Assembly (NCBI GenBank): GCA_033551855.1
Contig: JAWSUI010000080.1
Location: 1 to 14,659 of the forward strand
DNA length: 14,659 nt
Source of the DNA: Deferrisomatales bacterium
Lineage (GTDB): Bacteria > Desulfobacterota > Deferrisomatia > Deferrisomatales > JACRMM01
Reading direction: 5' to 3'
The notes beneath the pieces were generated by a model. That model was not told the origin of the DNA. It worked only from the letters and a program-made list of their open reading frames with translations, and searched no databases. The position numbers and the translations under genes were made by a program. Position 1 is the stretch's first letter. The number at the start of each line of letters is the position of its first letter. Positions 1 through 7,858 of this stretch are shown here, in pieces.

Positions 1-2
1 GG

Positions 3-1001
3 GCGGAGCTGGAAGCTCGGTGTGGGGCGGCCGAGGCCCTCGTCGCGGCTCTGGACGGGGCTCGCCGGTCGAGGGCTGCCCACGAGGGGGAGGTGGAGCG
101 CGCGGCCGCGTTGGGGTTCTCGCTGGTCCCCTACGGCGGTCCCGGCTACCCCCGGCTCCTAGCGGAGATCCCGGACCCGCCGTCGGTGCTGTATCTCGCC
201 GGCTCCCTCGCGCCCGAGGATGCCAGGGCCGTGGCGGTCGTGGGAAGCCGACGCGCCAGCACGCACGGCGTGAGGTTTGCCCGGGCGCTGGCCCGGGCCC
301 TGGCCGAGGCCGGGGTGACGGTGGTGAGCGGGCTGGCCCAGGGGATCGACGCGGCGGCCCACCAGGGGGCCCTGGACGCCGGAGGAAGGACCGTGGCCGT
401 CTTCGGAGCCGGCCTCGACGTGATCTACCCCGGCTGGAACGCGGCCCTTGCCCGCTCTGTGCGGGAGAGCGGCGCCTGGATGAGCGAGCTCGCCCTGGGG
501 AGCGAGCCGAGGGCGCACCACTTTCCCCGCCGGAACCGCATCATCAGCGGTCTGAGCCTGGGCGTCGTGGTGGTGGAGGCGGCCGAGAAGAGCGGCTCCC
601 TCATCACCGCCGAGTGTGCCCTGGACCAGGGGCGCGAGGTCTTCGCCGTGCCCGGCCTGCCGGGGTCCTACAACGCCCGGGGGGCCCACGCGCTTCTTCG
701 GGCGGGGGCCAAGCTGGTGGAGCGGGCCGAGGACGTCCTGGCCGAGTTGTCGTTCCCAGCCCACCCGCAGCGCGGGCAGCCCCGTGGGGCAGCGGAGGGA
801 AGGGGGCCCCCGGCGGAGCACCGGCCCCTGTGGGATGCACTGGAGGACGTGCCGCTCCACATCGACGAGGTGGCGAGCCGGGCGGCGCTGGGCGCCGCCC
901 AGGCGGCGGCGGGCCTGATGGAGCTCGCCCTCGGGGGGTATGCGCAAGAGTGGCCCGGGAAGAGGTATTCCCGGGCACTTACGGGATCGGAGAGCCGATG
1001 A
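3..1001 (+). CDS. dprA: DNA-processing protein DprA (5' end lies outside the window)
   Basis: Frame is open from position 3. DprA motifs: YPRLLAEIPDPP, AVAVVGSR, VVSGLAQGID, FPRRNRIISGLS, VVVEAAEKSGSLITA, GREVFAVPG. C-terminal winged-helix-like segment (LHIDEVA...LMELAL). Confidence 0.97.
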   Translation, partial: AELEARCGAAEALVAALDGARRSRAAHEGEVERAAALGFSLVPYGGPGYPRLLAEIPDPPSVLYLAGSLAPEDARAVAVVGSRRASTHGVRFARALARALAEAGVTVVSGLAQGIDAAAHQGALDAGGRTVAVFGAGLDVIYPGWNAALARSVRESGAWMSELALGSEPRAHHFPRRNRIISGLSLGVVVVEAAEKSGSLITAECALDQGREVFAVPGLPGSYNARGAHALLRAGAKLVERAEDVLAELSFPAHPQRGQPRGAAEGRGPPAEHRPLWDALEDVPLHIDEVASRAALGAAQAAAGLMELALGGYAQEWPGKRYSRALTGSESR

Positions 1002-1465
1002 AGGGTCGAATGTTCGAGGTGGTCGCGTACATCGCGCACCGGTATGGTCGCACGGGCGCGGCGGCGGAGGACCCGCGGGAGCTTCGCGATGAGCTTCTGG
1101 ACGCGGGGTTCGAGGAAGACGACGTGGAGCGAGGACTCTCGTGGCTGGATCGACTGCGCGGTACCGGCACCCCGCTGCTGCCCGTCCAGCCTTCGGGCAC
1201 CGCGGTGCGCCAGCCCACGCCGGAGGAGGCCCTCAAGCTCTCGCCCGACGCCCGTGGGCTCCTGCTGCGCCTGGAGGCCGGCGGGATCATCGACGGGGCG
1301 ATGCGCGAGGAGGTGTACCGGAAGGCGCTCACCCTCGACGAGCCGGAACTGGGGGCGGACGAGGTGCGGGTCCTGGTGGCCCTGCTGCTCCGCGCCGCCC
1401 CCAGAACCGACGACCGCTTGAGCGCCCTGGTCCTCGCAGGGGACCTGGCCGCGATCTACCACTGA
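998..1465 (+). CDS. smg: Smg / DUF494 family protein
   Basis: ATG at 998 overlaps the dprA stop (ATGA). Sequence MFEVVAYI...LRDELLDAGFEEDDVERGLSWL...EALKLSPDARGLLLRLEAGGIIDGAMREEV fits DUF494. dprA-smg-topA is a known gene order. Confidence 0.85.
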   Translation: MKGRMFEVVAYIAHRYGRTGAAAEDPRELRDELLDAGFEEDDVERGLSWLDRLRGTGTPLLPVQPSGTAVRQPTPEEALKLSPDARGLLLRLEAGGIIDGAMREEVYRKALTLDEPELGADEVRVLVALLLRAAPRTDDRLSALVLAGDLAAIYH

Positions 1466-1503
1466 ACGGGGCGGCGCCGCCTACCCCCAGGAACGATGGA
1501 GCA

Positions 1504-3771
1504 ATGCCCAAGTCACTGTTGATCGTGGAGAGCCCCGCCAAGGCGCGGACCCTGAAGGGGTACCTGGGGAAGGACTTCCGGGTCGAGGCCAGCGTGGGCC
1601 ACGTGAAGGATCTGCCCAAGAACGAGCTCGGCGTCGACGTGGAGCGGGACTTCGAGCCCCACTACGGCGTGATCCGGGGCAAGGGGAAGGTCCTCCAGCA
1701 ACTCAAGAAGGCCGCCCAGGAGGCCGACGTCATCTACCTGGCTCCCGACCCGGACCGGGAGGGGGAGGCCATCGCCTGGCACATCGCCGAGGAGATCCGG
1801 ACCCGGGGAGCCCACAAGCCCCTCCACCGGGTAATGATCAACGAGATCACGAAGAAGGGGGTCCAGCAGGCACTGGCCCACCCGCGCCCCATCGACGCCA
1901 ACCGCTACAACGCCCAGCAGGCACGGCGGATCCTCGACCGCCTCGTGGGCTACCGGATCAGCCCGCTGCTGTGGGAGAAGGTGCGCCGGGGCCTCTCCGC
2001 GGGAAGGGTACAGTCGGTGGCCCTGCGCCTGGTGGTGGATCGGGAGCGAGAGGTTCGGGCATTCGTCCCCGAGGAGTATTGGTCCCTCGACGCCGTGCTC
2101 GAGGGCTCTGCCCCGCCTGCCTTCACGGCGCGGTTGCGAAAGGTAGAGGGCAGGCCGGCGAAGCTCGGCGACGGGCCCGCGGCCGCAGCGGCCCTTGCCC
2201 GTGCCCAGGGGGAGACCTTCCGCCTCGCCCGGGTGGAGAAGAAGGAGAAGCGCCGCTACCCGGCCCCGCCCTTCATCACCTCCACCCTCCAGCGGGAGGC
2301 CTTCCGCAAGCTGCGGTTCTCCGCGAAGAAGACCATGTCGGTGGCCCAGCGCCTGTATGAGGGCGTGGACGTGGAGGGGCAGCCGGTCGGCCTGATCACC
2401 TACATGCGCACGGACTCCACCCGCCTCTCGGGGGACGCCGTGGATGCCTGCCGCCAGCACGTGGCGCAGGTCTACGGCCCCGCGTTCCTCCCCGCGAAGC
2501 CCGTGTCCTACCGAGCGAAGAAGGGGGCGCAGGACGCCCACGAGGCGATCCGGCCGACCTCCATGGAGCTCGACCCCGAGCGGCTCCGCCCCCACCTGGA
2601 GTCGGACCAGTACCGCCTGTACAAGCTGGTGTGGGACCGGTTCGTGGCCTGCCAGATGAAGCCCGCCGAGTACGATCAGACCCTCTTCGACGTGGAGGCC
2701 GGGCCCTATTTCTTTCGGGCCACCGGCTCGATCCTGCGGTTCAAGGGGTTCAGCGCCGTCTACGTGGAAGGGGTCGACGACGCCTCGGCCGGGTCCCCCG
2801 ACGAGGACGAGGACGGCCGCCAGCTGCCGGACCTGAGGGAGGGCGAGGTGCTGCGGCTCCTCCAGCTCTCCCACGACCAGCACTTCACCCAGCCCCCGCC
2901 CCGGTTCACCGAGTCGACCCTGGTCAAGGAGCTGGAGGAGAAGGGCATCGGCCGCCCCTCCACCTACGCGCAGATCCTCTCCACCCTCCGGGAGAAGGAT
3001 TACGTGAAGATGGCGGACCGGCGGTTCGTGTCCACGGACCTCGGCGAGTTGGTGACGGATCTGCTGGTGCGCAACTTCCCCCGCGTACTCGACGTGGGGT
3101 TCACGGCCGAGATGGAGGCCGAGCTGGACCACGTGGAGGAAGGGAAGCGGGAGTGGCACGACCTCCTCCGGGGCTTCTACGGGCCCTTCTCCGAGACCTT
3201 GGAGAGGGCGGCCCGGGAGATGGAGAACGTCAAGGCCCGAGAGGAGGCCACGGACGTCCGGTGCGAGCGGTGCGGGAAGACCATGGTGATCCGCTGGGGG
3301 CGCAACGGCTTCTTCCTCGCCTGCTCCGGCTACCCCGATTGTCGCAACACCAAGGAGTTCGAGCGCCGCAGCGACGGCGGTGTCGCCGTGCGGGGGGGGG
3401 AGAAGACGGGCGAGCGCTGCCCCGAGTGCGCCGCGGAGCTGGTGGTGCGCAGCGGCCGCTTCGGGCGGTTCGTGGCGTGCGAACGGTACCCCGCGTGCCG
3501 CTTCACGAGACCCCTGACCACGGGCGTGCGGTGCCCCCGCCCGGGCTGCACGGGGGAGCTCGTGGAGAAGCGCAGCAAGAGGGGCAAGACCTTCTACGCG
3601 TGCAACCGCTATCCCGAGTGCGACCAAGCCCTGTGGGACCGGCCGGTAGCCCGTCCCTGCCCTGCCTGCGGCCACCCTTTCCTGGTGGAGAAAGAGGGCC
3701 GCCAGGGCGCGACCGTCCGCTGCCCCAAGCGCGGGTGCGGATACCGGGAGGCGGGCAAGGAAGAAGGGTGA
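1504..3771 (+). CDS. topA: Type IA DNA topoisomerase I with C-terminal C4 zinc ribbons
   Basis: GGAG at 1498-1501, ATG at 1504. TOPRIM LLIVESPAKA, ASVGHVKDLP, DPDREGEAIAWH, SAGRVQS, active-site GLITYMRTDS, AQDAHEAIRPT, GIGRPSTYA, then four Cys-rich zinc-ribbon repeats. Confidence 0.98.
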   Translation: MPKSLLIVESPAKARTLKGYLGKDFRVEASVGHVKDLPKNELGVDVERDFEPHYGVIRGKGKVLQQLKKAAQEADVIYLAPDPDREGEAIAWHIAEEIRTRGAHKPLHRVMINEITKKGVQQALAHPRPIDANRYNAQQARRILDRLVGYRISPLLWEKVRRGLSAGRVQSVALRLVVDREREVRAFVPEEYWSLDAVLEGSAPPAFTARLRKVEGRPAKLGDGPAAAAALARAQGETFRLARVEKKEKRRYPAPPFITSTLQREAFRKLRFSAKKTMSVAQRLYEGVDVEGQPVGLITYMRTDSTRLSGDAVDACRQHVAQVYGPAFLPAKPVSYRAKKGAQDAHEAIRPTSMELDPERLRPHLESDQYRLYKLVWDRFVACQMKPAEYDQTLFDVEAGPYFFRATGSILRFKGFSAVYVEGVDDASAGSPDEDEDGRQLPDLREGEVLRLLQLSHDQHFTQPPPRFTESTLVKELEEKGIGRPSTYAQILSTLREKDYVKMADRRFVSTDLGELVTDLLVRNFPRVLDVGFTAEMEAELDHVEEGKREWHDLLRGFYGPFSETLERAAREMENVKAREEATDVRCERCGKTMVIRWGRNGFFLACSGYPDCRNTKEFERRSDGGVAVRGGEKTGERCPECAAELVVRSGRFGRFVACERYPACRFTRPLTTGVRCPRPGCTGELVEKRSKRGKTFYACNRYPECDQALWDRPVARPCPACGHPFLVEKEGRQGATVRCPKRGCGYREAGKEEG

Positions 3772-3784
3772 CCAGGGGCGGAGC

Positions 3785-4084
3785 TCAGCGGTCGGCCACT
3801 CCCAGCCGCCGTCGCACCTCCTCCGGTGGGAGTCCTTCGATCCGCAGGGCCTTTCGACGCCCGGACTGACCCCGCACCAGGGTCACGGCCCGCCGTGCCA
3901 CGCCCAGCCGCCGGGCCAGGAAGCGCACCAGGGCCTCGTTGGCCTCTCCGTCCACCGGCGGGGCGGTCAGCCGCACCCGGATCGCGTCGCCCTGGAGCCC
4001 GGCGATCTCGTCCCGGGAGGCACGGGGCTGGACCCACACCTCCAGCTCGCACCCGGGACCGGCACCCGGCCGGCTAGCCCCCAT
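3785..4084 (-). CDS. yggU: DUF167 / YggU family protein
   Basis: VWVQPRASRDEIAG...IRVRLTAPPVDGEANEAL...LVRGQSGRRK is the DUF167 signature. Last gene of the yggS cluster. Confidence 0.92.
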   Translation of the reverse strand: MGASRPGAGPGCELEVWVQPRASRDEIAGLQGDAIRVRLTAPPVDGEANEALVRFLARRLGVARRAVTLVRGQSGRRKALRIEGLPPEEVRRRLGVADR

Positions 4085-4613
4085 CGGGGGCCGATGCCTC
4101 GTCGCCCGGCCCCTGCGGCTCCACTCCCTCCCCGTCCCAGGCTTCTTCCCCGCCGCGGCCGGAGATCAGGTCGGGGTCCTGCGAGGGTCGGGCCGACCTC
4201 TCGTCCACCCACCGGGTCAGGGTGTCCGCCAACGCCCCCAGCTCTGCCAGCCACAGGGACCGCCGCTCCCTCGCTTGCTGGATCTCCCGCCGCAGGCGGA
4301 GGAGCTCTTCATTGGCCCCGGCGAGGATCCGGTCCGCCTGGAGCTGGGCCTGGTTGCGCACCGTCTCGGCCTCGGCCCGGCTCTGCTCCAGGAGGCTCGT
4401 CTGGAGGTCTCGGGCCGCAGCCAGGGCGGCATCCAGGGAGCGCCGGGTTTCCCGCTCCGCGTCGAGCTCTTCCCTGGCTGCGTCCCTCTCCTCGATGAGG
4501 CGCTCGATCTCGTCGGCGACCCGCTGGAGGAAGCCGTCCACCTCGCCGGGGTCGAACCCCCGGAAGGAGACGCGAAAGGTCTGTTCGTGCACGTCCAGGG
4601 GTGTGATGCGCAT
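4074..4613 (-). CDS. divIVA: DivIVA domain coiled-coil protein
   Basis: Start at ATG 4613 (MRITPLDVHEQTFRVSFRGFDPGEVDGFLQRV, the DivIVA N-terminal motif), followed by a long coiled coil. The track's longer 4874 start overlaps yggT. Confidence 0.9.
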   Translation of the reverse strand: MRITPLDVHEQTFRVSFRGFDPGEVDGFLQRVADEIERLIEERDAAREELDAERETRRSLDAALAAARDLQTSLLEQSRAEAETVRNQAQLQADRILAGANEELLRLRREIQQARERRSLWLAELGALADTLTRWVDERSARPSQDPDLISGRGGEEAWDGEGVEPQGPGDEASAPDGG

Positions 4614-4639
4614 GGGGTGCTCCCGGGGGGCGTCGGGGG

Positions 4640-4942
4640 TCAGGGGGCCAGCCGGCGCGCCAGGTCCACGAGGCTGGAAACCAGGAAGGACTGCAGGAAG
4701 ATGATCGCCAGGATCACCAGCACGGGGGAGAAGTCGATGCCGCCGAGGGCCAGGGGCACCCGCCGCCGGACCCACCCGAGGACGGGATCGGTGGCACGGT
4801 AGAGGAACCGGACGATGGGGTTGTACGGGTCCGGACTCACCCACGAGAGCACTGCCCGGGCGATGACGAGCCACAGGTAGACGGTGAGGGCGAGCTCCAG
4901 CACCCGGGCCACGGCCAGCAGGAAGTTCGAGAGGACGAACAT
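4640..4942 (-). CDS. yggT: YggT family membrane protein
   Basis: YLWLVIARAVLSWVSPDPYNPIVRFLYRATDPVL...GGIDFSP YggT motif. Confidence 0.95.
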   Translation of the reverse strand: MFVLSNFLLAVARVLELALTVYLWLVIARAVLSWVSPDPYNPIVRFLYRATDPVLGWVRRRVPLALGGIDFSPVLVILAIIFLQSFLVSSLVDLARRLAP

Positions 4943-4945
4943 GGG

Positions 4946-5758
4946 TCAGCTCCCCAGCTCGCGAGAGCGGATCGTGGCAGCCCGGACCGCCTCGAGGACG
5001 GCGCCCCGAAACCCGCTGCGCTCCAACTCCCGCAGTCCCTCGATGGTCGTCCCGCCGGGCGAGGCCACCCGGTCCTTGAGGACGGCGGTGTGCTCCCCCG
5101 ATGCCTTGGCGAGCTGCGCCGCTCCCAGCACGGTCTGGACCGCCAGGGCCCGGGCCAGGTCGCGGGGCAGGCCCACCAGCACGCCGCCGTCCGCCAGGGC
5201 CTCGAGGAAGGCGAAGACATACGCCGGCCCGCTCCCGCTCAGACCGGTGACGCCGTCCAGGAGGGGCTCGGACTCGACGCGGTGGACCTCCCCCAAGGCG
5301 CCCAACAGCGCACGGGCCGAGGCGTCGTCCGCCGCGCCCACGTGCTCGTTGGCGCAGTACACGCTGACCCCGCAGCCCACGAGGGCCGGGGTGTTGGGCA
5401 TGGCGCGGACGATGGGGGTCCCGGGCGGCAGCGGGCGTGCCAGGCTGGCCAGGGTGACGCCGGCGCAGACGCTCACCAACAGGGCGTTCTCCAGAACGAG
5501 GGCCAGGTCGGCCAGGGCCCCTCCCACGTCCTGCGGCTTGACCGCCAGGACCACCGCGCCGGCTCCCCGGCAGGCGGCCGCGGGGGTGGGGTGGGCCGTA
5601 ATTCCGTACCGGGCGGCCATCTCCTCCCGCCGTGGAGCGGCCTTCTCGGCCCCGACCACACGGCTCGGCTCCGTCAGGCCCCGCTCCAGCAAACCCCGGA
5701 CCAGTGCCTCGCCCATGTTGCCCAGTCCCACGACGGCCAAGAGGGGCAACTTCGTCAC
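4946..5758 (-). CDS. proC: Pyrroline-5-carboxylate reductase
   Basis: Rossmann motif GLGNMGEA, LAVKPQ, VRAMPNTPA, TGLSGSGPAYVF, VASPGGTTIEGL. GTG start overlaps the yggS stop. Confidence 0.97.
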   Translation of the reverse strand: MTKLPLLAVVGLGNMGEALVRGLLERGLTEPSRVVGAEKAAPRREEMAARYGITAHPTPAAACRGAGAVVLAVKPQDVGGALADLALVLENALLVSVCAGVTLASLARPLPPGTPIVRAMPNTPALVGCGVSVYCANEHVGAADDASARALLGALGEVHRVESEPLLDGVTGLSGSGPAYVFAFLEALADGGVLVGLPRDLARALAVQTVLGAAQLAKASGEHTAVLKDRVASPGGTTIEGLRELERSGFRGAVLEAVRAATIRSRELGS

Positions 5759-6489
5759 GGTTCCTCCTTCCTGCCCGCCGCCCCCGGTCGGGCCGGGCGC
5801 TCGCCGAAGATGGCCGTTCCCACCCGCACCAGAGTGGCCCCCTCCTCCACGGCCGCGGTGAAGTCGTGGCTCATCCCCATGCTCAACACGTCCATTCCCA
5901 CGCCGGGGATGCCGAGGCCGGCGATCCGCTGGGAAAGCTCCCGCAAGGCCCGGAAGTGGGGGCGGGCCTCTTCGGGGTCATCGAAGTAGGGGGGGAGCGC
6001 CATGAGCCCCCGCACCCGGAGGCTGGGCCACTCCCCTGCGCGCCGGGCGAGGTCCACCGCGCCCTCCGGGGTGGTCCCGGATTTGGTCTCTTCGTCCCCG
6101 GTGTTGACCTGGAGGAGCACCTCCAGGCGCTGGCCTCGGCCGGCGGCCGCCCGCTCCAGGGCCTCGGCCAGGGAGGGCCGGTCCAGGGACTGGACGCAGG
6201 AGAAGAGCTCCGGGGCGCGTTTGGCCTTGTTGGACTGCAGGTGGCCGATCATGTGCCACTCGGCGTCCCGGGGCAGGGAGTCGATTTTGCGCTGAGCCTC
6301 CTGGACGTAGTTCTCCCCGAACAGGCGTGCCCCGGCAGCGTAGGCCTCCCGCAGGCGGTCGACGGTCACGGTCTTGGTCACGGCCAGCAGGCGCACCGAT
6401 GCCGGGTCCCGGCCGGCCCGCCCGACGGCCCGCGCTACCTGCGCGAGCACCTCGCGGTACCGGGCCCCCACGCCGGTCTCCTCAGCCAT
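5755..6489 (-). CDS. yggS: YggS family PLP homeostasis protein
   Basis: LLAVTKT (PLP lysine), FGENYVQE, WHMIGHLQSNK, LSMGMSHDF, GATLVRVGTAIFG. Confidence 0.97.
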   Translation of the reverse strand: MAEETGVGARYREVLAQVARAVGRAGRDPASVRLLAVTKTVTVDRLREAYAAGARLFGENYVQEAQRKIDSLPRDAEWHMIGHLQSNKAKRAPELFSCVQSLDRPSLAEALERAAAGRGQRLEVLLQVNTGDEETKSGTTPEGAVDLARRAGEWPSLRVRGLMALPPYFDDPEEARPHFRALRELSQRIAGLGIPGVGMDVLSMGMSHDFTAAVEEGATLVRVGTAIFGERPARPGAAGRKEEP

Positions 6490-7087
6490 GGGCGACCCGG
6501 GAAGGGGGGTCCGCGCTCCACGGCGTGAGCCCCGCCTCCGTGAGAAGGGCCGAGGTCTCGGCCATGGGCAGCCCCACGACGTTGCTGCAGGAGCCGCGGA
6601 TCTCGGCCACCAGGAACGCCCCGCTGCCCTGAATGGCGTACCCGCCGGCCTTGTCGTAGGGCTCCGGCAGGGAGGCGTACCAGGCGATCTCCGCCTCGGA
6701 GAGGGTACGGAACCGGACCTGGGTCGCCACCGTGACCGATCTCTCCCCGGTGGGCCCGAGAAGCCCCACCCCGGTCAGCACCCGGTGGGACATCCCGGAG
6801 AGCGCCCGGAGGAAGCCCTCGGCCTCGGCCCGGTCCCGGGGTTTGCCGAACACCCGGTCCCTCAGGACCACGGCCGTGTCGGCCCCCAGGACCCAGGCGC
6901 CCGGGGGAGACCGGTGGGCCACGTCCCGAGCCTTTCGCCGGGCCACCTCCGCCAGGCCCTCCTCCAGGGGAACGCCCGGGGGCAGGGTCTCGTCCGCGCA
7001 GCTCTCCCGGACCTCGAAGGGGACCCCGAGGGCGTCGAGCAGCTCGCGTCGACGGGGGGAGGCGGAGGCGAGGATCAGGAGGCTCAT
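6482..7087 (-). CDS. maf: Maf family nucleoside triphosphate pyrophosphatase
   Basis: LILASASPRRRELL, LGADTAV, GKPRD, EPYDKAGGYAIQG, NVVGLP. Confidence 0.96.
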   Translation of the reverse strand: MSLLILASASPRRRELLDALGVPFEVRESCADETLPPGVPLEEGLAEVARRKARDVAHRSPPGAWVLGADTAVVLRDRVFGKPRDRAEAEGFLRALSGMSHRVLTGVGLLGPTGERSVTVATQVRFRTLSEAEIAWYASLPEPYDKAGGYAIQGSGAFLVAEIRGSCSNVVGLPMAETSALLTEAGLTPWSADPPSRVAHG

Positions 7088-7144
7088 GGGCGATTCCGGG
7101 TCGGGGGGAGGAGGCTCCGGCCGGAAGGTGCAGCAAGGAAGCGT

Positions 7145-7173
7145 ACCCTAGATGATCCCCTTTGGGGTGTCAA
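7145..7173 (-). promoter_or_regulatory. Sigma70-type promoter for the maf-yggS-proC-yggT-divIVA-yggU operon
   Basis: Minus strand reads TTGACA (7173-7168), a 17-nt spacer, then TAGGGT (7150-7145), 58 nt upstream of the maf ATG. Confidence 0.75.
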
Positions 7174-7183
7174 GAAGCCCCCT

Positions 7184-7607
7184 GGACCTGGATCCACCGG
7201 CTGACACGTGCCCGGGGCCGGGGAGCCCCTCCGCTCCGCCCCGCCATCCGCGGCCATCCGAAGGGGAGTCCCGGCAGCCCCCGGTACGCCGGGCTTCACC
7301 CGTTTGCGCCGGTTTCAGCGGGTCGGTCGAGGCGGTACGGGGCTGCGCTCCAAGGCTCCCCGGCCCCGCCCGAAAATCTGGCGGTGGATCTTGGCGGACC
7401 TGGATCCACGGGCGGTCGGCGAGAGAAGTCCGGGAGCCCCTGCGTTTCGCCCCGCAATCCGCGGTGATTCGAAGAAGTGGCTCATGAACTCCTCGGTGCG
7501 CCGGGCTTCACCCGCTTGCGCCGGCCTCATCGACTCGGTGGAGGCGGTGCGGGGCTGTGCTCCTCGGCTCCGCGACCCCGCCTGAGCGTCTGACGGTGGA
7601 TTCTGGC
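7184..7607. repeat. Two tandem diverged 212-bp palindromic repeat units (7184-7395, 7396-7607)
   Basis: GGACCTGGATCCAC occurs at 7184 and 7396. Segments 7282-7351 and 7494-7563 match at 60/70 positions. Unit 1 has inverted repeats GATCCACCG (7191-7199)/CGGTGGATC (7382-7390) and GGGGCCGGGGAGCC (7214-7227)/GGCTCCCCGGCCCC (7354-7367). Confidence 0.9.
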
Positions 7608-7726
7608 CCCCCATCCCCGGGTCGGCCCCCGCGAACGTCTCGTGGCGGCTACCGGGTTCCCACCCTCTCGTCTCGGAAACCGACCGATCCCGGGACCCCG
7701 ATTTTCCTGCGGTCCCGGCCTCGGTT

Positions 7727-7735
7727 TGGTAAGAT
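7727..7735 (+). promoter_or_regulatory. Candidate extended -10 promoter for the selenoprotein-cytochrome gene
   Basis: TG-G-TAAGAT (TGnTAnnnT) about 125 nt upstream of ATG 7859. No convincing -35. Confidence 0.4.
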
Positions 7736-7858
7736 CGTGGGCGCGGGGGCGAGGGGCCGGCACGGCTTCCCGCGCCCGGAACCCGTCCGGTGTCGACACT
7801 CCCCTGGGGCGACGGCGCCGGGCTCGACGAGCCTCCGAGGAGGCAAGGAGCCCCGCCC

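Noticed and set aside
1141..1503. N-terminal extension of topA in the ORF track
   Set aside because: It overlaps smg in another frame and has low-complexity Pro/Arg/Gly composition. An RBS and the TOPRIM start are at 1504.
1513..3675. Long antisense ORFs (720 aa here; likewise 7649-9199, 10183-11490, 12663-13715)
   Set aside because: Shadow ORFs opposite well-supported genes, expected from high-GC codon bias, with no recognisable motifs.
3785..7087. DivIVA in a probable diderm, within the maf-yggS-proC-yggT-divIVA-yggU cluster
   Set aside because: This is a well-known conserved gene cluster, including in deltaproteobacteria; not novel.
7184..7607. Repeat as a CRISPR array or as coding sequence (ORFs 7152-7487, 7208-7585, 7315-7860)
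   Set aside because: The units are 212 bp and similar along their length, with no short-repeat/unique-spacer pattern. The ORFs lack protein-like composition or motifs.
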